Of a stretch of 64,000 bases of DNA, positions 1 to 9,320 are shown one piece after another. Within the stretch, counting starts at the first letter, position 1; each line of letters starts with the position of its first letter. Source of the DNA: an uncultured Desulfarculus sp. (GTDB lineage: Bacteria > Desulfobacterota > Desulfarculia > Desulfarculales > Desulfarculaceae); contig CAXXUK010000002.1 in the NCBI GenBank assembly GCA_963665125.2, positions 1,024,001 to 1,088,000 on the forward strand. Direction: 5' to 3'. Under the pieces are notes generated by a model. That model was given only the letters and a program-made list of their open reading frames with translations. It did not search any database and was not told the origin of the DNA. A program made the translations under genes and the position numbers.

Positions 1-396
1 GCGGGTAGCCTTGAGCTTGCCACCATCGACGGCCAGGGCGGTGCAGTCAACGGCAACGCTGGTGTCGAGTTTGGCGGCCAGGCGACCGGCCAGGTCTTTA
101 CCCTGCATGGAGGCGCCCATCAGGACCACGTCGGCATCGGCCAGAATGCCGGCCAAGGCGTTGGCGTATGCATCGGTGGTATAGGTGGCGAAGGCCTCGT
201 TGTCAGCGTACAGAACTTTGGCCACGCCGTATTTGCCCAAAGCGGCGCAAGCGTCGGCCATGCCGGAGCCCAGGGCCACTACGGTCACATCGGTGCCCAG
301 CTCGTCGGCCACTTTTTTCGCGGCGCTGGCAGCTTCAAAGGTGACTTTTCGGAACTCGCCGTCCCGTTGTTCGGCGATTACGTAAACACCTGCCAT
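1..396 (-). CDS. etfA: Electron transfer flavoprotein alpha subunit (N-terminal part; runs off window)
   Basis: Manual translation from ATG at 396: MAGVYVIAEQRDGEFRKVTFEAASAA...GKDLAGRLAAKL; lies downstream of etfB. Confidence 0.92.
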   Translation of the reverse strand, partial: MAGVYVIAEQRDGEFRKVTFEAASAAKKVADELGTDVTVVALGSGMADACAALGKYGVAKVLYADNEAFATYTTDAYANALAGILADADVVLMGASMQGKDLAGRLAAKLDTSVAVDCTALAVDGGKLKATR

Positions 397-440
397 ATCT
401 CAAACTCTCCCTTCGAGAGAAAAAAGTCGATTAAATCCTG

Positions 441-1211
441 CTAGATAACCTTGGCTTGCTCGCGCAGGGCCTTGGCCAGGTTGGTGGCCAGCTGGCCGGC
501 GTCCTCGCCTTCGATCTTCATACCGGCGGCGCGCTCGGGCGGCGGAGTGATGGCGACGATCTCGGCAAAGCCGGCGCCGTCGACACCCAGGTCGGCCAGG
601 CTCTTGGTCTCCAGAGGCTTCTTCTTGGCCTTCATGATGCCGGGCAGCGAAGCGTAGCGCGGCTCGTTGAGGCCCTTCTGGCAGGTGATGACCGCGGGCA
701 GCGAGGACTCGATGACCAGGGTCTGGCCTTCCACCGGACGCTGCACGGTGACTTTGTCATCGGCCAGGTCCAGCTTGTTCACCACGGACAGCTGAGGCAT
801 GCCCAGGAACTCGGCCAGGGCCGAACCCACGATGCCGGCGTCGTCGTCGATGGCGCGCTGGCCAAGGAAGATGATTTCGGGCGCGATGTCTTTGATGGCG
901 GCGGCCAGGATCTTGGCGATGGCGATAGGATCGGCGCCGTAAAGGCCGTCATCCTGAACCAGCACTGCCTGATCGGCGCCCATGGCCAGGGCGGTGCGCA
1001 GGGCCTCGGTGACCCGCTTGGGGCCTACGCCGACCACGGTAACCTTGGCCTTGTTGGCTTTTTGGAAGCGCAGGGCTTCCTCGACGGCGAACTCGTCATA
1101 GGGGTTCATTACCCACTTAATGTCGTCGGTGCTGATGGATTTGCCATCGGCAGCGATTTTGATTGCCGTCTCGGTGTCCGGAACTTGTTTGATGCAGACA
1201 ACGATATTCAC
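441..1211 (-). CDS. etfB: Electron transfer flavoprotein beta subunit
   Basis: MNIVVCIKQVPD, NPYDEFAVEEAL, NEPRYASLPGIMKAKKK motifs. Confidence 0.97.
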   Translation of the reverse strand: MNIVVCIKQVPDTETAIKIAADGKSISTDDIKWVMNPYDEFAVEEALRFQKANKAKVTVVGVGPKRVTEALRTALAMGADQAVLVQDDGLYGADPIAIAKILAAAIKDIAPEIIFLGQRAIDDDAGIVGSALAEFLGMPQLSVVNKLDLADDKVTVQRPVEGQTLVIESSLPAVITCQKGLNEPRYASLPGIMKAKKKPLETKSLADLGVDGAGFAEIVAITPPPERAAGMKIEGEDAGQLATNLAKALREQAKVI

Positions 1212-1274
1212 TTAAAACCCCTCCTTTGTATCGGGCAAGCTCCTCAAGCTCCCCTCAATTTGGACTGGCGAAAT

Positions 1275-1874
1275 TTATGCTGCCATCATGCCGCGCAGGA
1301 ATATGCTGCTTATATCCTGAACAGCCTTGGCGATGGAGTACTTTCGTACTTCGGAAAGCACCCAGTAACGGCTCATTTCGTCCAGCGCCCCGAAAAAGGC
1401 CCGTTTGGCAATCCCCGGCTCGATATCCTGCCGGAAGATGCCTTTTTGCTGGCCCTCGCGGATGATGGCACTGATTATGTTAAGGTATTCCAAAAATTTT
1501 TCGTTCTTGTATTCCTTCATGAACTTGGAGGACTGCCGCACTTCAACCTGGATGATCTCGGACAGGGCCTGGTGATCCTTGACCAGATTGAGGTGCACCT
1601 CGGCGAATCGCTCCAGTTTTTTCACCGGATCGGTTTCCTTGGCCAGCTCTCCATATATGGCGTCCAGGACGTTGGAGAGCTCCTCCTCGAACAGAGAAAT
1701 AAGAATGTCATCTTTATTTTCGAAATACAAGTATATTGTCCCGTCAGCCACGTTGGCTTCCCGGGCTATCTCACTTACCTTGGAATTGTAGAAGCCGTTT
1801 TTAGCGAATACTTTTACCGCGGCTTCGATAATCCTTCGGTGTTTATCGCTAGAGCTTCGTTTTTGATGCTTCAA
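1275..1874 (-). CDS. TetR-family regulator, Bacillus FadR/YsiA-like
   Basis: HTH IAREANVADGTIYLYFENKDDIL; C-terminal QVEVRQSSKFM; upstream of etfBA. Confidence 0.9.
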   Translation of the reverse strand: MKHQKRSSSDKHRRIIEAAVKVFAKNGFYNSKVSEIAREANVADGTIYLYFENKDDILISLFEEELSNVLDAIYGELAKETDPVKKLERFAEVHLNLVKDHQALSEIIQVEVRQSSKFMKEYKNEKFLEYLNIISAIIREGQQKGIFRQDIEPGIAKRAFFGALDEMSRYWVLSEVRKYSIAKAVQDISSIFLRGMMAA

Positions 1875-1923
1875 GATTTTCAGACCTCATAGCGGTAGGC
1901 GTCAACAGGCTTTGGGCAAATTA

Positions 1924-1943
1924 TTGAATGATGCCTCATTCAA
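1924..1943. promoter_or_regulatory. Palindromic TetR/FadR-type operator
   Basis: TTGAATGA-tgcc-TCATTCAA perfect inverted repeat upstream of the tetR-etfBA operon. Confidence 0.8.
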
Positions 1944-1948
1944 AAGAT

Positions 1949-1977
1949 GCTCTAGCACGGAGCCGGTCGTGTGTCAA
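1949..1977 (-). promoter_or_regulatory. Putative sigma70 promoter for tetR-etfBA
   Basis: TTGACA-N17-TAGAGC on the minus strand, just upstream of the operator. Confidence 0.5.
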
Positions 1978-2082
1978 TGGCTTTTTCACCTGGCACACCT
2001 ACCGTCATAACAATGTGGGCCTGCGGTATCTAGGCAATATACATACAGAAGGGTGGCGTGACAAGTGAAGATTGAGGGGGAT

Positions 2083-3081
2083 TCAGCGTCTCCTGAACTT
2101 ATTGATAGCGTTTATCTGCTCCCGGTAGGTTTTGCTGAATTTATGACCGCCGTCGCCTTTGGCCACAAAGAATAAATAATCCACTTGGGCCGGGTTCAGG
2201 GCCGCCTCCAGGCTGGCCAGGCCGGGGTTGCAGATGGGGCCCGGCGGCAGGCCGAAATGAATATAGGTGTTGTAGGGCGTGTCGATGTGCAGGTCCCGGC
2301 GGTTCAAGGGGCGGTCCAGGCCGCCCAAGCCGTAGATGACCGTGGGGTCGGCCTCCAGGCGCATGCCTTTTTTGATGCGGTTGTGGTACACCGCGCTGAC
2401 CAGGGGCCTTTCCCCGGCCAGGCGAGCCTCGGCTTCAACGATGCTGGCCATGATTACCGTCTGGCGCAGGTCCAGGCCCGTGCCGCCGCCGGTCTGCAAT
2501 GCCTTTTGCCAGGCCTGCTTGAAACGCTGGACCAACTCGCCCAGGACCCGCCGTTCTCCCAGGCCCTTGGCCAGGTGATACGTCTCCGGGAACAGGTATC
2601 CCTCCAGGGTGGGACCGGGTAGATCCAGGGACCGGACAAAAGATTCATCCCGGCACAGGGCCAGGGCCTTGGCCTTGTCGATGACACCGGCCTGGGCCAG
2701 ACGGTCGATGGCCTCGGCCATGGTCAGGCCCTCGGGCAGCACCACCGTGTGCAACAGCACCTTGCCCGAGCGCAGGTCTTGGAGCAGCCCGGCGATGGTC
2801 TGCCTGCCGCTGAGCTTGAACTCGCCGGCGTGGATGTGGCCGTCTTCGTTGGTCAGGCGGGCGGCGACGACCAGCATCATGGGTTTGTCCAGCACACCGG
2901 CCTGGTTCAAGATGGCCGCCACGGCGCGCACGCTGGAGCCCCTGGGGATATTCACCACGGCCTCGTTGCCGGCGGCCCCGGCCCTGGCGTTCAAGACGTA
3001 GGCCTTGCCGCCGAACCAGCCGGCCACGGCCAATACGATTAGCAGCCCAACGATAGCGCCCGCGATGATCCAGCGTTTCAT
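2083..3081 (-). CDS. mltG: Endolytic transglycosylase MltG
   Basis: N-terminal TM, LEGYLFPETY, ASIVEAE, LEADPTVIYG, PYNTY..GLPPGPICNPG. Confidence 0.95.
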   Translation of the reverse strand: MKRWIIAGAIVGLLIVLAVAGWFGGKAYVLNARAGAAGNEAVVNIPRGSSVRAVAAILNQAGVLDKPMMLVVAARLTNEDGHIHAGEFKLSGRQTIAGLLQDLRSGKVLLHTVVLPEGLTMAEAIDRLAQAGVIDKAKALALCRDESFVRSLDLPGPTLEGYLFPETYHLAKGLGERRVLGELVQRFKQAWQKALQTGGGTGLDLRQTVIMASIVEAEARLAGERPLVSAVYHNRIKKGMRLEADPTVIYGLGGLDRPLNRRDLHIDTPYNTYIHFGLPPGPICNPGLASLEAALNPAQVDYLFFVAKGDGGHKFSKTYREQINAINKFRRR

Positions 3082-3515
3082 ATGATGTCCTCGCGCATTC
3101 CGTCCAGCCAGCGCCGCAGGATCAGGGCCGCGGCTATCTTGTCCACCACCTCGGCCCGTCGCTTGCGGCTCAGGTCGGCCTCCAGCATGGACTCGTTGGC
3201 CTCGATGGTTGTGTCTTCCTCGTTGGTGAACTGCACCGGCAGCCCCAGGCGGCGGTGCAGCCGCTTGCCCAGGCTGATGGCTTTTTGGGCCGATTCACCC
3301 CGTTGCCCGTTGTGCAGGGGCAGGCCCAGCACCAAAAGCCCCGCCCCCTGCTCGGCGGCCAGCTTGGCGATGGCCTCCACGTCGGCGTCGCGGTTGCGGC
3401 GCTCCAACACGCACAGGGGCTGTGCCGTGGTCCCGGCGTCGTCGGTCACGGCCACCCCGATGCGGGCCCGGCCCACGTCCAGGGCCATTACTTTGGGTAG
3501 TGGGCTTTCAGTCAT
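3078..3515 (-). CDS. ruvX: YqgF/RuvX pre-16S rRNA nuclease
   Basis: MALDVGRARIGVAVTD, VLGLP, VDKIAAALIL; coupled to mltG. Confidence 0.92.
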   Translation of the reverse strand: MTESPLPKVMALDVGRARIGVAVTDDAGTTAQPLCVLERRNRDADVEAIAKLAAEQGAGLLVLGLPLHNGQRGESAQKAISLGKRLHRRLGLPVQFTNEEDTTIEANESMLEADLSRKRRAEVVDKIAAALILRRWLDGMREDII

Positions 3516-3542
3516 GATTGGTTATTATAGTGTGTAAGACAC

Positions 3543-3704
3543 TATAAGGCTGTTTAAAAACAGCCTTATAGGCGGGCCAGGGAAGGCACGCCTATTTGCG
3601 CGTTTTTATAAAAACGCGCAAATAGAGCTACTTGGCAAGACCATGCTTTTGCCAGGTAGCGGTTGAAAAAATCCTGGACGGACTTTTTCAACAAACTGCT
3701 AGTG
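3543..3704 (-). repeat. ~160-bp multi-hairpin repeat / MITE-like element, copy A
   Basis: Reverse complement aligns end to end with 57564-57724; five consecutive hairpins; imperfect terminal inverted repeats. Confidence 0.8.
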
Positions 3705-3793
3705 GCAAGGCTAGCTTCTTGACGCGAGGCATCTGGCTTTATAGTCTTAGCCATTCGTTTGATTAATACGGCTGATCCGAAAGAGGACGCGCA

Positions 3794-5698
3794 ATGAAGC
3801 AACTTGTCCTGGGCACGGCGGGCCACATCGACCACGGAAAGACTACCCTGGTCAAGGCCCTGACAGGCACCGACACCGACAGGCTCAAGGAAGAAAAGGC
3901 CCGCGGCATCACCATCGAGCTGGGCTTCGCCTTTCTGGACCTGCCCTCGGGCCAGCGCCTGGGCATTGTCGACGTGCCGGGCCATGAAAAATTCGTCAAG
4001 AACATGGTGGCCGGCGCGGCGGGCATCGACATGGTGGCCCTGGTCATCGCCGCCGACGAGGGGGTGATGCCCCAGACCAGGGAGCATCTGGACATCTGCA
4101 AGCTCCTGGGCGTGCCCACCGGCCTGGTGGTCCTGACCAAGGCCGACATGGTCGATGAGGATTGGCTGGAGTTGGTCACCGACGACGTGCACGAATATGT
4201 CCAGGGCACGTTCCTGGAAGACGCGGCCATAATCCCCGTCTCCGGCGTCACCGGCCAGGGCATCGACGATTTGCTGGCCGAGTTGGACCGCCTGGCCGCA
4301 GATCTGGAGGAGCGCCCGGCCAGGGGGCCGTTCCGTTTGCCCGTGGACCGGGTGTTCACCATGAAGGGCTTCGGCACCGTGGTCACCGGCACGGCCATCG
4401 GCGGCAAGGTGGCCGTGGGCGACGAACTGGAGGTCTACCCCAGGAGCGTCCGGGCCAAGGTTCGGGGCCTGCAGGTCCACGGCCAGGAGACCAAGGAGGC
4501 CCGGCGGGGCCAGCGCACGGCCGTCAACCTGCAAGGCGTGGACAAGGACGAGATCGGCCGGGGCGACGTGCTCTCCGACCCCGGCGTGCTGCGGCCCAGC
4601 ATGTGGCTGGACGTGGAGGTGAAAACCCTGGACGACATGCCCCGGCCCATCAAACACCGGGCTCCCATCCGCCTTCACACCGGCACGGTGGAGATCATCG
4701 GCCGCATTCACTTTCTGGACCGCGACGCCCTGGGACCGGGTGAGGAGGCCCTTTGCCAGGTGCGCCTGGAAGAGCCCGTGGCCGTCATGGCCAGGGACCG
4801 CTTCGTGATCCGCTCGTATTCGCCGGTGGAGACCATTGCCGGCGGCAGGGTCCTGCACCCGCACCCCTGGCGGCACAAGCGCAACCGGCCTGAGATCATG
4901 GCCGACCTGGAGACCCTGAAAAACGGCGTGGACCGCGACCTTGTGGCCGTGCACGCCCGCCTGGCCGGGGACCAGGGCATCACCAAAAACGATCTGGTGC
5001 GCCTGACCAGCCTGTCTGAAAAAGACTTGGAAAAGCTGCTGGCCGACATGCTGACCAAGCAGGAGCTATTGCGCTTTGACAAGGAATCGGGCCAAATGCT
5101 GGCCGTGGAGGTGCAGCAGGCTCTATTGGAAGAGGCCGTGGAGCTGCTGGGCGCCTATCACCAGGCCAACCCGCTCAAACCTGGCATGCCCAGGGAGGAA
5201 CTGCGGGGCCGCCTGTCCAGGGGCATCGAACCAAAACTGTTCGGCTTTTTGCTGAAAAAGCTAGAGGCCGAAGACCTGGCCGTGACCGAAAAAGAGATCG
5301 TGCGCCTGCCGGGACACAAGGTCCGCCTGGCCGCCGACGACGAGGCCATGCGCAAGACCCTGATGGACGCCTTCACCAGCGGCGGATTGACCCCGCCGAC
5401 CCTGCGTGAGCTTCAGGAAAACCGCGACAAGGCCCAGGTTAACGAGATGCTGGGCGTGCTGGTCAACGACGGCCAGCTGGTCAAGATCAAGCAGGACCTC
5501 TATTATCACGCGCCGGTTTTGGAAAAGATCAAGGGCCAGCTTGTGGATTACCTGCGGGCCAATGAACGCATCGGGGCCAAGGAGTTCAAGGAACTCACCG
5601 GCCTTACCCGCAAATACCTGATTCCGCTGTTGGAATACTTTGACACGTCCAAGGTGACCATGCGGGTGGGCGACGAGCGCATCCTGCGGGGCGGCTAG
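3794..5698 (+). CDS. selB: Selenocysteine-specific elongation factor SelB
   Basis: GTAGHIDHGKT, RGITIELGF, DVPGHEKF; C-terminal winged helix GLTRKYLIPLLEYFD. Confidence 0.97.
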   Translation: MKQLVLGTAGHIDHGKTTLVKALTGTDTDRLKEEKARGITIELGFAFLDLPSGQRLGIVDVPGHEKFVKNMVAGAAGIDMVALVIAADEGVMPQTREHLDICKLLGVPTGLVVLTKADMVDEDWLELVTDDVHEYVQGTFLEDAAIIPVSGVTGQGIDDLLAELDRLAADLEERPARGPFRLPVDRVFTMKGFGTVVTGTAIGGKVAVGDELEVYPRSVRAKVRGLQVHGQETKEARRGQRTAVNLQGVDKDEIGRGDVLSDPGVLRPSMWLDVEVKTLDDMPRPIKHRAPIRLHTGTVEIIGRIHFLDRDALGPGEEALCQVRLEEPVAVMARDRFVIRSYSPVETIAGGRVLHPHPWRHKRNRPEIMADLETLKNGVDRDLVAVHARLAGDQGITKNDLVRLTSLSEKDLEKLLADMLTKQELLRFDKESGQMLAVEVQQALLEEAVELLGAYHQANPLKPGMPREELRGRLSRGIEPKLFGFLLKKLEAEDLAVTEKEIVRLPGHKVRLAADDEAMRKTLMDAFTSGGLTPPTLRELQENRDKAQVNEMLGVLVNDGQLVKIKQDLYYHAPVLEKIKGQLVDYLRANERIGAKEFKELTGLTRKYLIPLLEYFDTSKVTMRVGDERILRGG

Positions 5699-5704
5699 GG
5701 CCGC

Positions 5705-7252
5705 TTAGCCCACCCGGCAGCGGTCCCGTAGCCACAACTCCTCGGCAATGTCGCAGGCCTCTTTTTGGTAGTGCTGCCCGGCCTGGGGGTTGGGCTTCAG
5801 ATCCATGTAGCGGTCGGTCTGCTGGTCGTGGCTGGGCCAATGGGGCAGTCCTTCGCCGTTTGGGTCGCTGTTCTTGGCGAAATTGACCCAATAACTCGTC
5901 ATTATTCCCGACAACTCGCGGTCTTCCGGGGTGATTCCGGGGAAGAAACCCAGGGTGCCGAAGACGTATGGGATGTCCAGGCTGTGGGAGGCGCCCATGG
6001 CGACGGCCTGCTCCTCGGTGCACTGGTACATGGCCGCCACGTATTTGGGGCCGGGCACATGGCTGAAGTTGTAGAGCCATGATCCGTTGGCCGAGGCCGC
6101 GTTGGCCAATAGCCGCACCGGCGCGGCAAAGGTCTGCACCGTGGTGATGGCGGTGAGGCTGGTGTAGACCTCTTCGTCGGAATTGCAGGGGAACAGCTTA
6201 ATCAGCGCCGGGGACAGATCACCGGCCTGGCGCTTGATGGCCTTGTGGTATTTGCTCACGGTTTTCACCGGCAGCCAGCGCACGAAGGCCGTCATGTCGT
6301 CGGCGGTGGAACCGGCCAATACCGGCACCTGGCTCTGGCCGCCCCGGCGGATGACCTCCCAGGGGTCTTCGGGCTGGTGCGCGCCGCCGATGACCGGGCC
6401 CCAGATCATGCCGCCGAACTCGCCGTCGGCCAGGGGCATCTTGGCGATGGCCTGCTTGATCAGGTCCATGGCCGGAATCCGGCGCAGGCCTTCCAGACCG
6501 TCTCCCATTACCTTTTCCAGCTTTTTGCCCATGGTCTCGGCCGCGCTGCGCCAGCCGCAATCCCTGCGCAGATAGCGCTGAAAGGCCGTGGGACCGCCGC
6601 TTTGGCAGATAACCTTGTGGAACAGTCCCTGGGCCGGGGGCGAGCACATCAGGCGGCAGATGCTGATGGCCCCGGCGCTTTGGCCGAACAGGGTCACGTT
6701 GTCCGGGTCGCCGCCGAAATGGGCGATGTTGTCCCGGACCCACTGCAAGGCCGCGATCTGATCCATCAGGCCGTAGTTGCCCGAGCTGTCGTCAGCGGAC
6801 TCGGCCGAGAGAGCCGGGTGGGCCAGCCAGCCCAGCGGACCCAGGCGGTAGTTGAAGGACACCACCACCACGCCTTTGCGGGCGATGTTGGAGCCGTCGT
6901 AAAACAGGATCGAGCCAGAACCGATGACAAAGCCGCCGCCGTGGAGCCAGACCATTACCGGCAGGCGCTTGCCCGCCGCATCGGCCGGGGCCCAGATGTT
7001 CAGGGCCAGGCAGTCTTCATCCACCGGGCCGGGGCTGCCCATGAAATCGGGCTGGGGCGCCGAGGGGCTGGGTTTGTCGCAAAGGCGCACCGCGCTCCAG
7101 GCCTCGGGCGGCTGGGGCGGACGCCAACGGTTTGGCCCAACGGGCGGCGCGGCATAGGGCAGGCCCACAAAGCCGTGGATGCCGTCGTGCTCCAGGCCTT
7201 GCACAGGGCCGCTTGTGGTCTTGATCGCCGGGGTTGTCTTGGTGTTGGTCAT
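5705..7252 (-). CDS. Type-B carboxylesterase/lipase
   Basis: EDCLALNIW, WLHGGGF, FGQSAG nucleophile elbow, ASHSLD; start placed at ATG 7252 overlapping the upstream stop. Confidence 0.93.
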   Translation of the reverse strand: MTNTKTTPAIKTTSGPVQGLEHDGIHGFVGLPYAAPPVGPNRWRPPQPPEAWSAVRLCDKPSPSAPQPDFMGSPGPVDEDCLALNIWAPADAAGKRLPVMVWLHGGGFVIGSGSILFYDGSNIARKGVVVVSFNYRLGPLGWLAHPALSAESADDSSGNYGLMDQIAALQWVRDNIAHFGGDPDNVTLFGQSAGAISICRLMCSPPAQGLFHKVICQSGGPTAFQRYLRRDCGWRSAAETMGKKLEKVMGDGLEGLRRIPAMDLIKQAIAKMPLADGEFGGMIWGPVIGGAHQPEDPWEVIRRGGQSQVPVLAGSTADDMTAFVRWLPVKTVSKYHKAIKRQAGDLSPALIKLFPCNSDEEVYTSLTAITTVQTFAAPVRLLANAASANGSWLYNFSHVPGPKYVAAMYQCTEEQAVAMGASHSLDIPYVFGTLGFFPGITPEDRELSGIMTSYWVNFAKNSDPNGEGLPHWPSHDQQTDRYMDLKPNPQAGQHYQKEACDIAEELWLRDRCRVG

Positions 7253-7680
7253 GGCTGCATATCCGGCCTTACGGAAGGCTCCATCGAGGGCAGGGAAAAG
7301 TGGCTTTGGACGATGAGCCACTGATCATGTTGCCTGATTAATACCGCGGTCAGCCTGGCGTCGACAGTGCTGACCAGTTCTCCGCTGGTAATTATACTGC
7401 GGCATCCGGCGGCGGCCCAGGCCGTATCGTCGTGACCGGCCACCGACAGCCAGGTCAGCTCCTGCCGCAGGTCAAAGGGCTGGGCAAAATCGGCGGCAAA
7501 ACCGGCCCGCAGGTCGCCCGGGCCCAGGCGGATTTCGTCGCCGCTTGAACCTATGGCCAAAACGCCGGACCATGGATGATAGCACGCCATCACGCCTTCA
7601 ATGTCCTTGGCGGCGTATGCGGTAAGCATTCTCTCTAAAACCTCGCCCACCTGCCTGCTGGTCGCTTCATCTGCCTTCAT
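7249..7680 (-). CDS. SnoaL/NTF2-like protein
   Basis: 143 aa; AYAAKDIEGVMACY, RLTAVL...WLIVQSHFS. Confidence 0.82.
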   Translation of the reverse strand: MKADEATSRQVGEVLERMLTAYAAKDIEGVMACYHPWSGVLAIGSSGDEIRLGPGDLRAGFAADFAQPFDLRQELTWLSVAGHDDTAWAAAGCRSIITSGELVSTVDARLTAVLIRQHDQWLIVQSHFSLPSMEPSVRPDMQP

Positions 7681-7695
7681 GGTCCCGCTCCCTGC

Positions 7696-8619
7696 TCAGG
7701 TTTTCAGTGCGCCCACCAGCTCCGACACGGCCGTGATGTTTTGTCCGGCGCAAAAGTCCCTCAGTTCGTCGGCAATGATCCGGCAGGCCGCCGGGTCGAT
7801 AAACGAGGCCGTGCCCACCTGCACGGCGCTGGCCCCGGCCAGCATGTATTCGGCTGCGTCCTCGCCGCTGATGATGCCGCCCAGGCCCACGATGGGCACG
7901 CCGGGCAGGGCCTTGGCCACCTGCCAGACCACGCGCAGGCCCACGGGCTTGATGGCCGGTCCGGACAGGCCGCCCACCACGTTGGCCAGCATGGGCCTGC
8001 GGGTGCGGGCGTCGATGGCCATGCCCAGAAGGGTGTTGATCATCGAAAGGGCGTCTGCTCCGGCATCCATCGCCGCCTTGGCGATGGGCACCGGGGCGGT
8101 GACGTTGGGCGTCAGTTTTACCCACAGCGGCAGGCCCGTCTGGGAGCGCACGGCCTTGGTCACGCCCGCCACCGCATCAGGGCTGGTGCCGAAGGCCATG
8201 CCGCCTTCCTTGACATTGGGGCAGGAGACGTTGAGCTCCAGGGCGTCGATGCCCTTTTGGCCGTCGAGCCTGCGGGCCAGTTCGGCGAATTCATCCAGGC
8301 TCTCGCCGTACAGGTTGACGATGACCGCCGTGTCCTGCCGGGCCAGCCAAGGCAACTTTTGGGCCAAAAACTCGTCCAGGCCCACGTTGGCCAGGCCGAT
8401 GGCGTTGAGCATGCCCGAGGCCGTCTCGGCCAGGCGCGGCGGGGCGTTGCCCGCCCTGGGTTTCAGGCTGATGCCCTTGGTGACCAGGCCTCCGATATCG
8501 GCCAGGTCCAGGTAAGGCGTGTATTCCGGGCCGTAACCGAACGTGCCGCTGGCGGCGATGACCGGGTTTTTCAGGCGCAGCCCGCCGACATGGGCGGTCA
8601 TGTCTACTTGTTGGTTCAC
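7696..8619 (-). CDS. pyrD: Dihydroorotate dehydrogenase B catalytic subunit
   Basis: NPVIAASGTFG, MLNAIGLAN, ELNVSCPNV, VKLTPNV, GGLSGPAIKP; GTG start overlaps the upstream stop. Confidence 0.96.
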   Translation of the reverse strand: MNQQVDMTAHVGGLRLKNPVIAASGTFGYGPEYTPYLDLADIGGLVTKGISLKPRAGNAPPRLAETASGMLNAIGLANVGLDEFLAQKLPWLARQDTAVIVNLYGESLDEFAELARRLDGQKGIDALELNVSCPNVKEGGMAFGTSPDAVAGVTKAVRSQTGLPLWVKLTPNVTAPVPIAKAAMDAGADALSMINTLLGMAIDARTRRPMLANVVGGLSGPAIKPVGLRVVWQVAKALPGVPIVGLGGIISGEDAAEYMLAGASAVQVGTASFIDPAACRIIADELRDFCAGQNITAVSELVGALKT

Positions 8620-9287
8620 TGGTCTATTCCCAGTTCGGCGGCCAAATGTTGCCGCCACAGATCAATGTGCTCGAAGGTGTAGCTTTCGTTCCACGAATCC
8701 AGGATTTCACCCAGGGGCAATTCGTCGCGGTGGCCGCGTTTGAGCTTGTAGTTGATATAGGGGCTGCCGTCCAGGGTCTTGTCGGGCAGCATCAGGTTTT
8801 CGCCGCTGACGTATTCCACCACGGGATAGCCCTTGCGGTCGCAAAGGGCCTTGTCGAAGGTCGGCGTGGCCATGCGCCAGGCCCCGTCGATCCACCACTC
8901 GGTGTAGCTGTGATAGGTGAACACGCGGGTTCCGCCCATCATGTCCACCACCTCCTGGTCAATGGTCATGTTTTCGATATCGGCAAAGCACATCCGGGCC
9001 GGGATGCCCGCGGCCCTGGCCAGGGTGGTCAGCAAACAGGATTTTTGAACGCAGTAGCCCTCGCCCCGTTCGATTATGGCCGAGGCAAGGTAGAATTTCA
9101 TGTCCCAGAACGGCGCGTTCATGGTGTAGACCACCTGATCGCGGACCCACTCGAACAAAGCCCTGGCCTTTTCATCGTCCGTGGCGGCCCCGGCGGTTAT
9201 CTCGGCGGCCAGCTTGATGATCCGCGGGTTGTCGCATTCGATGCCCGGCGCGGGCTTGAGGTACTGGTCCAGATCATTATCCATCAC
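8616..9287 (-). CDS. Transglutaminase-like domain protein
   Basis: LFEWVRDQV, GYCVQKSCLL..LARAAGIPAR, YHSYTEWWIDGAW. Confidence 0.87.
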   Translation of the reverse strand: MMDNDLDQYLKPAPGIECDNPRIIKLAAEITAGAATDDEKARALFEWVRDQVVYTMNAPFWDMKFYLASAIIERGEGYCVQKSCLLTTLARAAGIPARMCFADIENMTIDQEVVDMMGGTRVFTYHSYTEWWIDGAWRMATPTFDKALCDRKGYPVVEYVSGENLMLPDKTLDGSPYINYKLKRGHRDELPLGEILDSWNESYTFEHIDLWRQHLAAELGIDQ

Positions 9288-9320
9288 ACGTGCTCCACGT
9301 ATAAGTGTTTGCTGTGGGTT

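Noticed and set aside
456..1892. Long antisense ORFs (also 3566-4954, 16989-18587, 25789-28326, 56298-57605)
   Set aside because: Shadows of real genes in GC-rich DNA, with no motifs; two of them extend into the repeat element
3705..5720. SECIS element or selenoprotein gene near selB
   Set aside because: I found no in-frame UGA-interrupted gene or convincing SECIS in the window
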